From assembly GCA_965262715.1 (NCBI GenBank), contig OZ253553.1, forward strand, positions 1,065,169-1,129,168: a stretch of 64,000 bases of DNA. Reading direction: 5' to 3'. The notes below the pieces were generated by a model. The model made no database searches. It was not told the DNA's origin and saw only the letters and a list, made by a program, of their open reading frames with translations. A program made the translations under genes and the position numbers. This DNA is from Bdellovibrionales bacterium (lineage in GTDB: Bacteria; Bdellovibrionota; Bdellovibrionia; Bdellovibrionales; JAUICD01). Of the stretch, positions 46,910 to 56,785 are shown piece after piece (the stretch's first letter is position 1; each line of letters begins with the position of its first letter).

Positions 46910-48373
46910 CTATTGTGAGTCATTACCTTCCAACATGCCAAGAGCTAACCTTAAAGCGCGCACACTCCTTTGCACTCTCTCTTCATTTTCAGATATTTGT
47001 ATTTGAGCTAATTGACTTTTCTTACGATATCCATCTATATCCATGATCAAATGATCTGTTTTGCGTTTTAGGCTTAAAATAATTTCATCTTTACTCTTTA
47101 ATAAAGTTGTTTTTTCTTGCTTAACAAGTTCTAACCTATTTTCTAATTCAATTTCTCTAACCCGAACACTTTTTAAATCCTTAGCAAGCCTATTTTTGAG
47201 TTCTTCAACCTTTAATTTGAGAGTATTGTATTCTTTGTTTTTTTGAAAAAGCGATTCTTCTAATAAAGTTCTCTCATCTGATATACCTTCCATTTTTGTA
47301 CGATTTCTTCTTTCCGTAGACTCCAATAAGGAAGATAATTCTTCTATCCGTTTTTTCAAAGTTTCAATTTCTGAAGAAAACTCTGCGTTTTCTTGTCTCA
47401 CGTTAAAAACAGTATTTTCTAACTCATGAATTCTTTCTTGGGCAATTCTAAATTGATCTGCACGTTTTAAAACTACACCAACTGATGCATCTCCCTTAGA
47501 ACTATCATCAGATAATTTTTTAGAAGCAAGCTCTTGAAAATCAAAAAAAGAAGGTTTAACAAAGGAAGAGTTAGAAGGTGTAATAGGAATTGTACTCGTA
47601 TTAGTAAAGTATTCTTTTGATGAAGATGGCTTCTCTGGTGAAGAAGATGACAAATCTGGGCTAGATGAATCTGGGCTAGATGAATCTGAAATATCATCAA
47701 TGAGGGGAACCTCTGGAGTTGCTTGAGGTTGAGAAACTGAATCTTCTGCGTGCTCCATAAATTTAGATAATATTAATGAAGATGTATTTTCATCTGATTT
47801 AGAAAATGTGTCTAAACCTAGGTTAATTCCACCTTCATCTTCCATCAAAATAGAATTCGTAATAACACCTTCTGCTTGTGTTTTATCCTGTAATGATACG
47901 ACATGACTTTCTTCTGCTTCATCTATAACTGCTTCACTTGATAGACTTAATAATTCTTTATTGTCTATGTCCATAGCTATGGATTCAGGATAACTGCTTT
48001 CTTGTACAGCTTCTTCTTGATCCTCTTGGTCCTGAGATGTCATATACTCTTCATTATCCTCTTTTAAAGCAACTTCTTGTTGAACATCTTCCTCTTGACT
48101 AGCTTCATCTGAGAAAATCGTCTTCGTGTTTCCTAAAACAACTGTTGCTTCTGCCTGTGCGTCTAATAGATTATCTAACGGATTAACAACATTTAAATGA
48201 GAGGTCTTCTCATCAGCCATTTGTGTTTTTTCCATTGATTCTGAACTAGTATCTTCACTTTCTTCAGAAGATGATCTTTTTTCATCTTCTAAATCTGTAA
48301 GCATATTAAGTAAAGTTGCATTTGTATCTTTTAAAGACATTAATACCCTGCCTGTGTTTTGTTCATCTCTCAT
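46910..48373 (-). CDS. acidic Ser/Glu-rich protein with C-terminal coiled coil, function unknown
   Basis: 487-aa ORF; low-complexity N-terminal two-thirds (SSPDSSSPDLSSSSPEKPSSS) and heptad-like C-terminal third. Confidence 0.6.
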   Translation of the reverse strand: MRDEQNTGRVLMSLKDTNATLLNMLTDLEDEKRSSSEESEDTSSESMEKTQMADEKTSHLNVVNPLDNLLDAQAEATVVLGNTKTIFSDEASQEEDVQQEVALKEDNEEYMTSQDQEDQEEAVQESSYPESIAMDIDNKELLSLSSEAVIDEAEESHVVSLQDKTQAEGVITNSILMEDEGGINLGLDTFSKSDENTSSLILSKFMEHAEDSVSQPQATPEVPLIDDISDSSSPDSSSPDLSSSSPEKPSSSKEYFTNTSTIPITPSNSSFVKPSFFDFQELASKKLSDDSSKGDASVGVVLKRADQFRIAQERIHELENTVFNVRQENAEFSSEIETLKKRIEELSSLLESTERRNRTKMEGISDERTLLEESLFQKNKEYNTLKLKVEELKNRLAKDLKSVRVREIELENRLELVKQEKTTLLKSKDEIILSLKRKTDHLIMDIDGYRKKSQLAQIQISENEERVQRSVRALRLALGMLEGNDSQ

Positions 48374-48484
48374 TAATTAATTATAAAAATCATCTATGAT
48401 GATTTAATAATAGATGAATGTTGGTTATTCTCCTCTTAAGTATGTTATCGACATATTATCGATAGTATTATAATAATATTGTCT

Positions 48485-48600
48485 TTTTCACTCAAAATGA
48501 ACCGTTTCACTCAAAACAATAGCCTTCTTTTCCACTAAAATGCATCTGACCTCTTGAGGTGAACCTCTTTTCTTATTTTCCTTACAGCATGTTAAGAAAA
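48485..48600 (-). repeat. decayed minus-strand remnant (E7) of the tRNA-Arg-array unit
   Basis: Reverse complement contains TTCTTAACATGCTGTAAGG (cf. TTCCCTAACATGTTATAAA), GGTTCACCTCAAGAGGTCAGATGCATTTTAGTGGAA (cf. GTCACCAGAGGTGAGATGCATTTTAGTGAA), and two more ...TTTTGAGTGAAA ends. Confidence 0.5.
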
Positions 48601-48708
48601 ACCTATCCCTATCCATCTGTTCATTTGAATGAGAAACATTTCTCATTTTGTTACAAAATGTAGGAAATCTTATTTTTTAATAATTGCTTCTTAGAGCTGG
48701 TTTGAAAA

Positions 48709-49827
48709 TTACCTCTGCTTAAACTGAAAAGTATACTGAATAGGTTCTCCATTAAGAATTAAAGGAAAAGACCATAACTTTATATGATCAGTAATACATT
48801 CTTTAAACTCATTCAAATTAATATTAGAGTTTTTATTCATCGCAAGTTTTGCCACACGAATACTTTGGGCCTTACCTTTTTTATCAATTCTCCAAGAAAG
48901 ATAAATATCACCTCTAAATTCAGGAAAGACTTGAAGACCTCTTTCATAACAACGCCTCAATACACCTTCTTCTTTTGACATAAAAGCATTTAAAGCCTCT
49001 TTTTGCTGAACACTAAGACCACCTTTATACCTTATTTTCTCACCCTTAGAAGATAAGCTATCACTTAAAAGAGCTATATCACCAAAACCTTGGCTTTTTT
49101 CTGTCACCTTTGCATAACCACCTATACCTTCAAGTTTATTAGATGTATTTGAAGCTGAAAATATACTTTTATCATATAACTTTTGATCTATCTTATTTTT
49201 AACTTTTTCTGACTCATCTGATAAGTTATCTTCTAGTGAAAATACACTACCTAAATTGATTTTTAATTTTTGAGTATTGTTTTTGATAGCAAATAATTTA
49301 TTTAACTTAGTATTTAATGATGTATTGCTCTTTTGAATACCTGCTACTTCTTTTTCCTCTTCAAATTCCTTAAACGGATTTTCTATAATTAATGTCTTGG
49401 TGTCAGGTTTATGTTGAACAATATCAACTTGAAATTCCTTTTCAATTTGCTGGGTATCTTCTACTGGAACCTGTAAGATAAGACTGATAAAGCAAAATAT
49501 GAAAAAACCAAAAAAACAACCCTGTATACAAAAAGACAGATATTTTAAACCTCGTAAGTCTGTTTTTACGTCATACTGTAATTGCTTTGAATATTCTCCT
49601 TGTTTAAGAGTCCCAATTGAAGGAATAGGCAGTCCTTCTGCAGGAATCACATCTGGTATAAGACTTAAAACTTGTACCGGAATATCTTTATTTGTTTTAA
49701 AAGTTTGATTTGTCCATAATTCGAAGCGACCTGTGTCCATTCTTCTTACAGCAGACAAAGGAACTCTATCACAAAGAATTGCTCTAATCACCTTACCGTT
49801 GTTATTCTCTAAAAATAAATACTTCAT
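48709..49827 (-). CDS. membrane-anchored protein with AgmX/PglI-type (TonB-C-like) C-terminal domain
   Basis: 372-aa ORF; central TM helix (GLKYLSFCIQGCFFGFFIFCFISLIL). The tail LRRCYERGLQVFPEFRGDIYLSWRIDKKGKA...ECITDHIKLWSFP resembles the myxobacterial AgmX/PglI tail. Confidence 0.6.
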   Translation of the reverse strand: MKYLFLENNNGKVIRAILCDRVPLSAVRRMDTGRFELWTNQTFKTNKDIPVQVLSLIPDVIPAEGLPIPSIGTLKQGEYSKQLQYDVKTDLRGLKYLSFCIQGCFFGFFIFCFISLILQVPVEDTQQIEKEFQVDIVQHKPDTKTLIIENPFKEFEEEKEVAGIQKSNTSLNTKLNKLFAIKNNTQKLKINLGSVFSLEDNLSDESEKVKNKIDQKLYDKSIFSASNTSNKLEGIGGYAKVTEKSQGFGDIALLSDSLSSKGEKIRYKGGLSVQQKEALNAFMSKEEGVLRRCYERGLQVFPEFRGDIYLSWRIDKKGKAQSIRVAKLAMNKNSNINLNEFKECITDHIKLWSFPLILNGEPIQYTFQFKQR

Positions 49828-49838
49828 AAAATTTTAAT

Positions 49839-50153
49839 TTAGTACTTTCCTAAAGAATTTCTTATGCGGTCTTTAAAGTCTTCTCTAGGACGTAATATAG
49901 TTTTTAATATTTTATTTTCAACATTTATTTTTTTTTTAGAACTATCATATCTTCCATAAATATCTCTCTTGAAGGATGGAGAGCTAACATCTTCTTCGAT
50001 ATCTTCATCAACATCCTCTTCAATATTTTCCTCTTGTTGGGTAGATAGCTCATCAATTGGGAACTTCATATTTTTACCCACCTTAATATCTAATTGAGCT
50101 AGAACATCATTTGTGTGAAATATTAAAAAACATAAAAATATAAAGTATTTCAT
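49839..50153 (-). CDS. small secreted acidic protein
   Basis: 104-aa ORF; signal-like FIFLCFLIFHTNDVLAQ; located in an operon-like position. Confidence 0.5.
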   Translation of the reverse strand: MKYFIFLCFLIFHTNDVLAQLDIKVGKNMKFPIDELSTQQEENIEEDVDEDIEEDVSSPSFKRDIYGRYDSSKKKINVENKILKTILRPREDFKDRIRNSLGKY

Positions 50154-50231
50154 TTTAATAAACCCCGTAACTATAAGCGTTAGCTAAAAAATATTATACA
50201 TTATACTAACGATTTATATGAAGAACGGATG

Positions 50232-53200
50232 TCATTCTTCTAACATAACTAGTCTTCTCTCCTTTAAATAAAGGACCATAGTTTTATTATCTCGCAGTTC
50301 TTCTAAAGCAATGAGTTTTTCAATATCTTCCTTATTAAAAGGGTTCTTACGTATATCTTCTTGGACCGCTTCTATAACTGAATCACTAGGCTGCGCAACT
50401 TGATTTTCATCATTTTTTACCTGTGTTATGCCTTTTAATATAGACCTAAGATTAGATTTATTCTCTTCTGGCAAATAATTAACTAATAATGATAGATGAG
50501 ATTTGGAAATGATTTGGACATGTTTTGACACTTTAGAAAAATACTCTTCTAATTTATCAAAAATCTGAGAACCATTAAAAAGAGTTTTTAATTGAGATTC
50601 GATGACAGTTGCTTTCTCTTTATAAAGATTAGCTTGCTTTTCTAAAATGGAAAGGTATTCTTTTTTCTGCGATTCTGGTAATTGAGAAGAACTAGCAAGA
50701 GAGGTCAAGTCTTCATAAAGACGTAAAGCTTCTTTCTTAACAAAGTAAAAAGCAATCAGTTGACCAATAAGGTCTTCTGCATTAATCCCTATAAGAGCTT
50801 TTTTCTCCAAGTCTTCAAAAAGCTTAAATCTTTCTTTAATATCATTTTCTATAAAACTGATACCCTTATCTCTGACCTGATGCTGAGATATCTGTCTAGC
50901 TATCACTCCTAATTCTTTTAAAAATCCATCACGCCATACAGCTCTACCTGCATCAGTATTAATAAGTTCTTTTAAAATTTGACCCATTTGCTCTTTATTG
51001 ATGTCATGTATGTAATTATCTAATAAGACATCAGATAATACTTTTGGATTATGCAATAACACCTTTTTATATTGTTTAAAAAAAGATTCTTGATCAGCAG
51101 CTTCTTTAAATAATTTTAAAGCTATATCAAACTTTTTTTGAGAATCATTAGAAAGTTTTAAAAAATCACGATAATATTGCATGTAGTCCTGCTTAGCCAA
51201 TTCAGCAAAAAAAACTTTTCTAAGGATCCATTGATCTGTAGGTAAACTCTCAAGATTAAACTCCTTATTGATTTCATACATCATAGGAAAATCCAGTATT
51301 AACTCTGCTAAGTAAAGCCTTCTTAAAAGAGCAAACTTCTTATCCTCCTCTGATAAACCTTTAACTTTTAACAGTTGATCCACTAACTGAATCTCATCAG
51401 AAACTTGCCGCAATTGACCTAACAAAATGATCTTATTTTTATAATACTTTATTTCTTCATCAACAGCTGTTTCAGAGAAGTTAATGCGACCTAATATTTC
51501 AAGTGCTTTTTGAGGATTCTTAGATAAACCTAAAGCCTGATTCATAATAGAAGTTCTATTAATTTTCATAAAATGAGAGACTTGATTTGGAAACCTTTTA
51601 GCAAATTTAAGGGATATTTTTTCCAACTGCTCATTATCTTTGACCAATACCAAAGCATCTATAGCTAAATAAGCTGATTGAAGCCTAATTTTTTGAGCAG
51701 GGGTATCTTCTTTAGCTTCTATAAGAGCAATAGATACAAACTCCTCAGCTGCTTTTTTATAATCTTCTTGATCATCATAAAGCAGCTTTGCTTTAAGAAA
51801 AGAAACTTTTAACCATTGGCTTTTGTCCTGGCTTAACTTAAGATAAGCTTCATAAGATTCTAGCAGCCACTTTTTGTTTTTAGAAAGCTCTGTCGTTTTT
51901 ATATAACCTAAAAGAAGAACTTCTAAAAACTCAATAGCTTTTTTCTTCTGCTCCTCATTTATTTCAGCTATAAGTTTTCTTTGTATTTTTATAGCATTAT
52001 TGTATTTTTCTCTAGAAATTTCCCACAATTGAAGCTTTTGCGAGATATTTGCAATTTGATAAGTTGCTTCTATATCATCTTTAAAAATCTGCAAATAAAA
52101 CATGTAAGATTTTAAAATATTTGAAAGATCTGATTTATTTGCATCCTTCCAAAGCTTTATATGTTGAGTTATCTGCTTTTTAAATCCCTCACATCTTTCT
52201 TTCTCTTTTAAGTCATTGCAAGCACCTCTATTCCAAAGCTGTGAAATTGCTTCGATGGTTTGAAGAACATCTCCAGGCTGGTGAGTTTCAACAAAAAGTT
52301 GAAAGAGCCAAGTATAAGATTCTAATTTATCCATTTCTCGAGTTTGTTTTGGTAATATTTTCTTCCAAAGAAAAATAGCTCTTTCCTTATTACCAATACG
52401 CATAAGTTCTTTAGCTAGATAAACAACATTATTCACCTTTTGATCTTGGGGGCTAAAATGATACAGCATTTCTATTTCTTTATTTTGAGGATTTTTCTTA
52501 GATAGAAAGGTTACAAGATCTCTGGCAATCTCCCTATGGAATACTTTATCTACCTCTTTTTTACCAGAAGCCGCATCTTTTAATAAAAACTGATTTGGAG
52601 ATTTTAACAATCTAAAAAGATCTTCTACCGCAAGCTTGAATTGACTAAGGTGATAATTACACCAAGCAATTTTATATATAACAAAACCTTTATCTGGAAA
52701 TTCAAACTCTAACGACTTTGAAAAATAATATTTTGCTTTACTAAATTCATTGATTTCATAAAACAGTTCTCCTAAAGCAGCATAGGACTTAGGTTTTAAA
52801 TCTTTCCATCTATTACTACGAATAATTTTACTATAAGCATTAATAGCAGCTTTTTGATTTTCAAATAAACCATTTATATACCCTATTTGAAAAAAAACAT
52901 GTCCCCTCATTTGCAGTGATACCTTATTCTGGATAGATCTATAAAGAGATAAGGCTCGCCTCATATCGGCTCTTCCTGCTGTACACTTTTGACAGCCTTG
53001 AGCTACTTCTGTTGATTGTTTGAGTTGGCCCCTCTTTGTTAATGCATCAGCTAATCTTAAAATCAAAGAAGGTATCATAGGGTCATTAGCTGAAAGACCA
53101 TTTAAGGTTTTATCAAAGTGAGTGATCAATTGATCTATTTCTTTTAAAGAAGCATATCCTAAAGTAGAGTAGGTATAAATTAACGATATAATAATCATCA

Positions 53201-53273
53201 TTTTAATATTTTTTTTCATTATATCATATCCTATTTTTACAGTGTAAAAACTGATCATTGTTGTTTTAACCAC
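50232..53273 (-). CDS. giant TPR/helical-repeat protein with N-terminal signal or anchor
   Basis: 1013-aa ORF; repeated A..Y......F..A...F-type helical hairpins; overlaps the upstream ExbD gene by 19 nt. Confidence 0.7.
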   Translation of the reverse strand: MVKTTMISFYTVKIGYDIMKKNIKMMIIISLIYTYSTLGYASLKEIDQLITHFDKTLNGLSANDPMIPSLILRLADALTKRGQLKQSTEVAQGCQKCTAGRADMRRALSLYRSIQNKVSLQMRGHVFFQIGYINGLFENQKAAINAYSKIIRSNRWKDLKPKSYAALGELFYEINEFSKAKYYFSKSLEFEFPDKGFVIYKIAWCNYHLSQFKLAVEDLFRLLKSPNQFLLKDAASGKKEVDKVFHREIARDLVTFLSKKNPQNKEIEMLYHFSPQDQKVNNVVYLAKELMRIGNKERAIFLWKKILPKQTREMDKLESYTWLFQLFVETHQPGDVLQTIEAISQLWNRGACNDLKEKERCEGFKKQITQHIKLWKDANKSDLSNILKSYMFYLQIFKDDIEATYQIANISQKLQLWEISREKYNNAIKIQRKLIAEINEEQKKKAIEFLEVLLLGYIKTTELSKNKKWLLESYEAYLKLSQDKSQWLKVSFLKAKLLYDDQEDYKKAAEEFVSIALIEAKEDTPAQKIRLQSAYLAIDALVLVKDNEQLEKISLKFAKRFPNQVSHFMKINRTSIMNQALGLSKNPQKALEILGRINFSETAVDEEIKYYKNKIILLGQLRQVSDEIQLVDQLLKVKGLSEEDKKFALLRRLYLAELILDFPMMYEINKEFNLESLPTDQWILRKVFFAELAKQDYMQYYRDFLKLSNDSQKKFDIALKLFKEAADQESFFKQYKKVLLHNPKVLSDVLLDNYIHDINKEQMGQILKELINTDAGRAVWRDGFLKELGVIARQISQHQVRDKGISFIENDIKERFKLFEDLEKKALIGINAEDLIGQLIAFYFVKKEALRLYEDLTSLASSSQLPESQKKEYLSILEKQANLYKEKATVIESQLKTLFNGSQIFDKLEEYFSKVSKHVQIISKSHLSLLVNYLPEENKSNLRSILKGITQVKNDENQVAQPSDSVIEAVQEDIRKNPFNKEDIEKLIALEELRDNKTMVLYLKERRLVMLEE

Positions 53274-53779
53274 TGAGGAGAACCTGATAAAACAACAAAT
53301 TTAATATCAGTGTACCCCGTTTGATTTGCTGCATGTACTATCTCATTTAAGTACCTATACTTTTCTTCTTTATCTGCTTGTATAATGAGGGTCTTTGAAG
53401 ACTTTAAACCTTCTTCAGTGGATTCAAGTAGTGATTGACGTTCTAATAACTCCTCGGCAAGCCTATGTACAAAAACCTCATCTTCTTCAATAAAATATTT
53501 TCCACCTTTAAACTTAACAATAATATGATTCTCTAATTCGATACCATTTTTAGCTGAAGGCAAGTTTATCTCTTGGCTCACATAAGGCATATCCCGTGTG
53601 ACTGAAAAATTTAGTAAAAGATAAACAACAAGAATAGAAAAAACATCAATCAGTGGAGTTAAAATTAAAGAAGACCTTAAATTTTTAGACTTTCTAAATA
53701 AAGACTTACCCTTTAAATAACTCACATCTTGAATGAAACCTTTCCGAGATGTGCTTCCTAAAATAGTATCCTGGATCAT
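53255..53779 (-). CDS. ExbD/TolR-family biopolymer transport protein
   Basis: 174-aa ORF; N-terminal LILTPLIDVFSILVVYLLL helix typical of ExbD/TolR. Confidence 0.8.
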   Translation of the reverse strand: MIQDTILGSTSRKGFIQDVSYLKGKSLFRKSKNLRSSLILTPLIDVFSILVVYLLLNFSVTRDMPYVSQEINLPSAKNGIELENHIIVKFKGGKYFIEEDEVFVHRLAEELLERQSLLESTEEGLKSSKTLIIQADKEEKYRYLNEIVHAANQTGYTDIKFVVLSGSPQWLKQQ

Positions 53780-53914
53780 TTTTTATTTTCTAAATCCTTT
53801 TTAAATTAAGTTAAAAAATCTTTAAAATAACTGTTTGCTATGCCAAACTCATTAAAAATATAAGAAAATAAAATACTTATGCATTCAGATGAAACCATGA
53901 GAAATTCCCTTAGG

Positions 53915-54388
53915 CTAAATAGGTGACAGTCCAAGAAAATGAATTCCCACTTCTTTTAATTGATCCATAAGACTAATAATATCCTCATATCTTGCCTCCG
54001 GATATGGAATGATGATACCCGTTGATAGTTTTGGAACTTGATCTACCAGTATTCTTAGATGTTCTAAGACATCTTTATAATTTAGCTGTAAAACACCATT
54101 TTTATTCACACCTGAAATATGATGAGAATGCAAAGCTTTATCAATATGTGAAGGTGGATTTTGTAATTGTAAAATCACCTGTCCCTCTTCTACCATTTGG
54201 ACCCAAACTGTTATATCTTGATCTTGAACTACTGCAATAGAACCTTTCTTGCCCATGGATTGTTTAATATCTAATGAGGTCATACGTACAAAAATGAATG
54301 TAAGAAGTAAAAAACATATACAGACAGCAAGAAGTCCAATAAAAGAAATCAGGTTTAAATCAAAATCTAGTTCCTTTTTCTGCCTCAA
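53915..54388 (-). CDS. ExbD/TolR-family protein (second copy)
   Basis: 157-aa ORF; DLNLISFIGLLAVCICFLLL helix plus a periplasmic alpha/beta domain. Confidence 0.7.
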   Translation of the reverse strand: MRQKKELDFDLNLISFIGLLAVCICFLLLTFIFVRMTSLDIKQSMGKKGSIAVVQDQDITVWVQMVEEGQVILQLQNPPSHIDKALHSHHISGVNKNGVLQLNYKDVLEHLRILVDQVPKLSTGIIIPYPEARYEDIISLMDQLKEVGIHFLGLSPI

Positions 54389-54392
54389 ACTC

Positions 54393-55127
54393 TTATCCTT
54401 CCATTGTCTGTTGTTTGTATACCAGCTTAGATGAATTCTTAGGAATGGACTCGTAAGTATAACTTAACCAGTTAAAAACCTTCAGAGATCCCTGATGAAG
54501 ATCCTCAGAAAGTAAATTCGTTCTATTTTGTAAAATAGCAAACATAATCAAAGCTGGAATAGCCATAATTAAACCATAAGCAGTTGTGTTCATTGCCTCT
54601 GAAATACCTGCAGATAATAAAAGAGCTTTCTCCTCAAGCTGAACCGTGCCCACAGCAGAAAAAGCTTTGATCATACCTACAATAGTGCCTAAGAGACCTG
54701 CCAAAGTTCCTACATTGCCTAACATAGACAGATAGCCAGTCCTCTTTTCTATACTGGCCTGCTCCTCTAACAAAATCTCATCCATCTTACCTTGAATCTC
54801 ATGTTGACCTCCAAAGTTTATGGCTGCATTGGTTCCAGCAACAACGACCTTATTAATAGGGTCTTCAAAGCCTAAAGCCTTAGCCTTCTTTATAACACCA
54901 TCTAAATTTCCTGTACGAATATCTTTTTCAAATTGAAGTGCTATCCTTTTTTGAGTTACACTACGCTTTACATACAACGACCAAAGTCGATCAAAAATAA
55001 CCACAAAAGAGACCATCTGAATCACAAAAATAAACCACATCCAAAATCCACCTTGGTGAAAAGCTATGGCGATTTGATGAAATATCTCTATTTTATGGAA
55101 TGCCTCTACTGACAATAATGATCCCAT
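54393..55127 (-). CDS. MotA/TolQ/ExbB-family proton channel
   Basis: 244-aa ORF; LSMLGNVGTLAGLLGTIVGMI and GISEAMNTTAYGLIMAIPALI motifs. Confidence 0.88.
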   Translation of the reverse strand: MGSLLSVEAFHKIEIFHQIAIAFHQGGFWMWFIFVIQMVSFVVIFDRLWSLYVKRSVTQKRIALQFEKDIRTGNLDGVIKKAKALGFEDPINKVVVAGTNAAINFGGQHEIQGKMDEILLEEQASIEKRTGYLSMLGNVGTLAGLLGTIVGMIKAFSAVGTVQLEEKALLLSAGISEAMNTTAYGLIMAIPALIMFAILQNRTNLLSEDLHQGSLKVFNWLSYTYESIPKNSSKLVYKQQTMEG

Positions 55128-55562
55128 AAGAAAAACTCCTCTTTAGTATTCTATATAATAATACGTGCAGTCCTTAGATAAATAAAGATATCTCATCAAA
55201 TAAACTCTCTTTAAGACCTACTATAAATAAGCAAAATAGACTTTTATCTCTATATGAATCTCAATTAACCAAGACTTAACCTAGATACATCAATAAATAA
55301 CAGGTTTCTTAGAGAAATAAAGACTGCGTAAGATGAGTTAAATTTGTAAAAGTTGCGTAAGGTCAGTTATAATAACATCTCATAAATTCTAGATTTATAA
55401 CTATGAAAGTTACCTTTATTTCCAAAAAGACCTTAAAACTCTCTCTTTTTTCTTGTAACCTTTTGCTTTTTTCCTATATAAGTTAGGTGATATATCAATT
55501 ACTTGATTTAAATAATCCAAAACGTATAAATATAAAAACAGTTAGAACTATGGAGGTTACAA

Positions 55563-55946
55563 ATGGTAAGTAGAGATATTGGACTTTTAATATTAAGAGT
55601 GGGTTGTGGAAGTATGATATTGCTTTTGCATGGATTACCAAAATTAATGTCTTTTACAGAAAGAATGGATAGTTTTCCTGACCCTCTTGGAATAGGTTCA
55701 GCAGCTAGTATGAGCCTTGTTATTTTTGCAGAGTTTTTTTGTTCTTGTGCTGTGATTCTTGGCCTATGGGTAAGATGGGCCACTCTTCCAATTGTTACTG
55801 CAATGGCAGTTGCAGGGTTTATTTTTCATGCAAATGATCCTTGGTCAACAAAAGAGCTACCGATCTTATACTTTGTCCTATTTTTAGCTCTGTTTTGCTT
55901 AAATGGTGGTAAATACTCTTTGGATAGATTGATTGCCAAGATATAG
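55563..55946 (+). CDS. DoxX-family membrane protein
   Basis: 127-aa ORF with GGAGG RBS; DIGLLILRVGCGSMILLLHGLPKL, four hydrophobic helices. Confidence 0.8.
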   Translation: MVSRDIGLLILRVGCGSMILLLHGLPKLMSFTERMDSFPDPLGIGSAASMSLVIFAEFFCSCAVILGLWVRWATLPIVTAMAVAGFIFHANDPWSTKELPILYFVLFLALFCLNGGKYSLDRLIAKI

Positions 55947-55948
55947 GT

Positions 55949-56785
55949 GTGTGTAATTTGAATATAAGCATGAAATGCCATCTTGGAGTGGGGTTAAGAC
56001 CGCCCCACTATAATGATGTATTAAATCATAAAGCTGTCCATCTCAATTGGTTTGAGGTGGTCTCTGAAAACTATATAGACAGTTTTGGCTATCCTAGAGA
56101 AGTTCTAAGAAGGGTAAGGCAATCTTATGAAGTCGCACTTCATGGAGTCTCTTTAAACATTGGCTCTGCAGATCCATTAAATTTTGAATATCTCAAAAAA
56201 CTAAAGGATCTGTCTAAAGAAATCCAACCTTTTATTATATCAGATCATTGCTGTTTTACAGGAGTGGGTAAATTTAATGGCCATGATCTTTACCCCATAC
56301 CCTATACAAAACAGTCCTTAAAACACATTGTACAAAGACTTGACAAGGTTCAAGAATTTTTAAAAAGAGATATATTGATAGAAAATATATCTACCTACTT
56401 GCAGTTTAAAGAAAATGAATTTACAGAATGGGATTTTTTAAATGAAATGGTGAAGCAATCAGGTTGCAGCTTGCTTTTAGATTTAAATAATTTATTTGTG
56501 AATTCTTTTAATCATAATTTTGATCCTTATCAGTTCTTAAACAATATAAATCTATCTTCTGTTAAACAAATCCATCTAGCAGGATTTACTGACAGAAAGA
56601 CATATTACTTTGACACACACTCCTGTTTAGTTTCTAAAGAAGTTTGGTCTCTTTATAAAGAGTTTTGTAAGAAGGGTTATAAGGCTCCAGTTTTATTAGA
56701 ATGGGATGAAGACATTCCCTCTTTTCAAAAATTACAAAAAGAAGTTCTTAAAGCTAAAAAATATATGAAGATAAGCCAATTATGA
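55949..56785 (+). CDS. DUF692/UPF0276 multinuclear non-heme iron oxidase (MNIO, MbnB/BufB-like)
   Basis: 278-aa ORF; GVGLRPPHY, WFEVVSENY, HGVSLNIGS, ISDHCCF, LIENISTY, LLLDLNNLFVNSFNH, IHLAG, DTHS, LLEWD match the family signature. Confidence 0.88.
   Translation: MCNLNISMKCHLGVGLRPPHYNDVLNHKAVHLNWFEVVSENYIDSFGYPREVLRRVRQSYEVALHGVSLNIGSADPLNFEYLKKLKDLSKEIQPFIISDHCCFTGVGKFNGHDLYPIPYTKQSLKHIVQRLDKVQEFLKRDILIENISTYLQFKENEFTEWDFLNEMVKQSGCSLLLDLNNLFVNSFNHNFDPYQFLNNINLSSVKQIHLAGFTDRKTYYFDTHSCLVSKEVWSLYKEFCKKGYKAPVLLEWDEDIPSFQKLQKEVLKAKKYMKISQL

Noticed and set aside
55403-55486. 27-codon ORF (MKVTFISKKTLKLSLFSCNLLLFSYIS) as the MNIO precursor peptide
   Set aside because: It has no Shine-Dalgarno sequence, a single Cys, looks like a bare hydrophobic segment, and resembles neither DUF2282 nor BufA2-type precursors. 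It is kept only as a remark in the MNIO finding.
55128-55562. Fur box in the divergent TolQ / DoxX-MNIO promoter region
   Set aside because: There are only weak AT-rich half-sites (for example GTTATAATAAC), nothing comparable to the 21-bp palindrome at 58178-58198.
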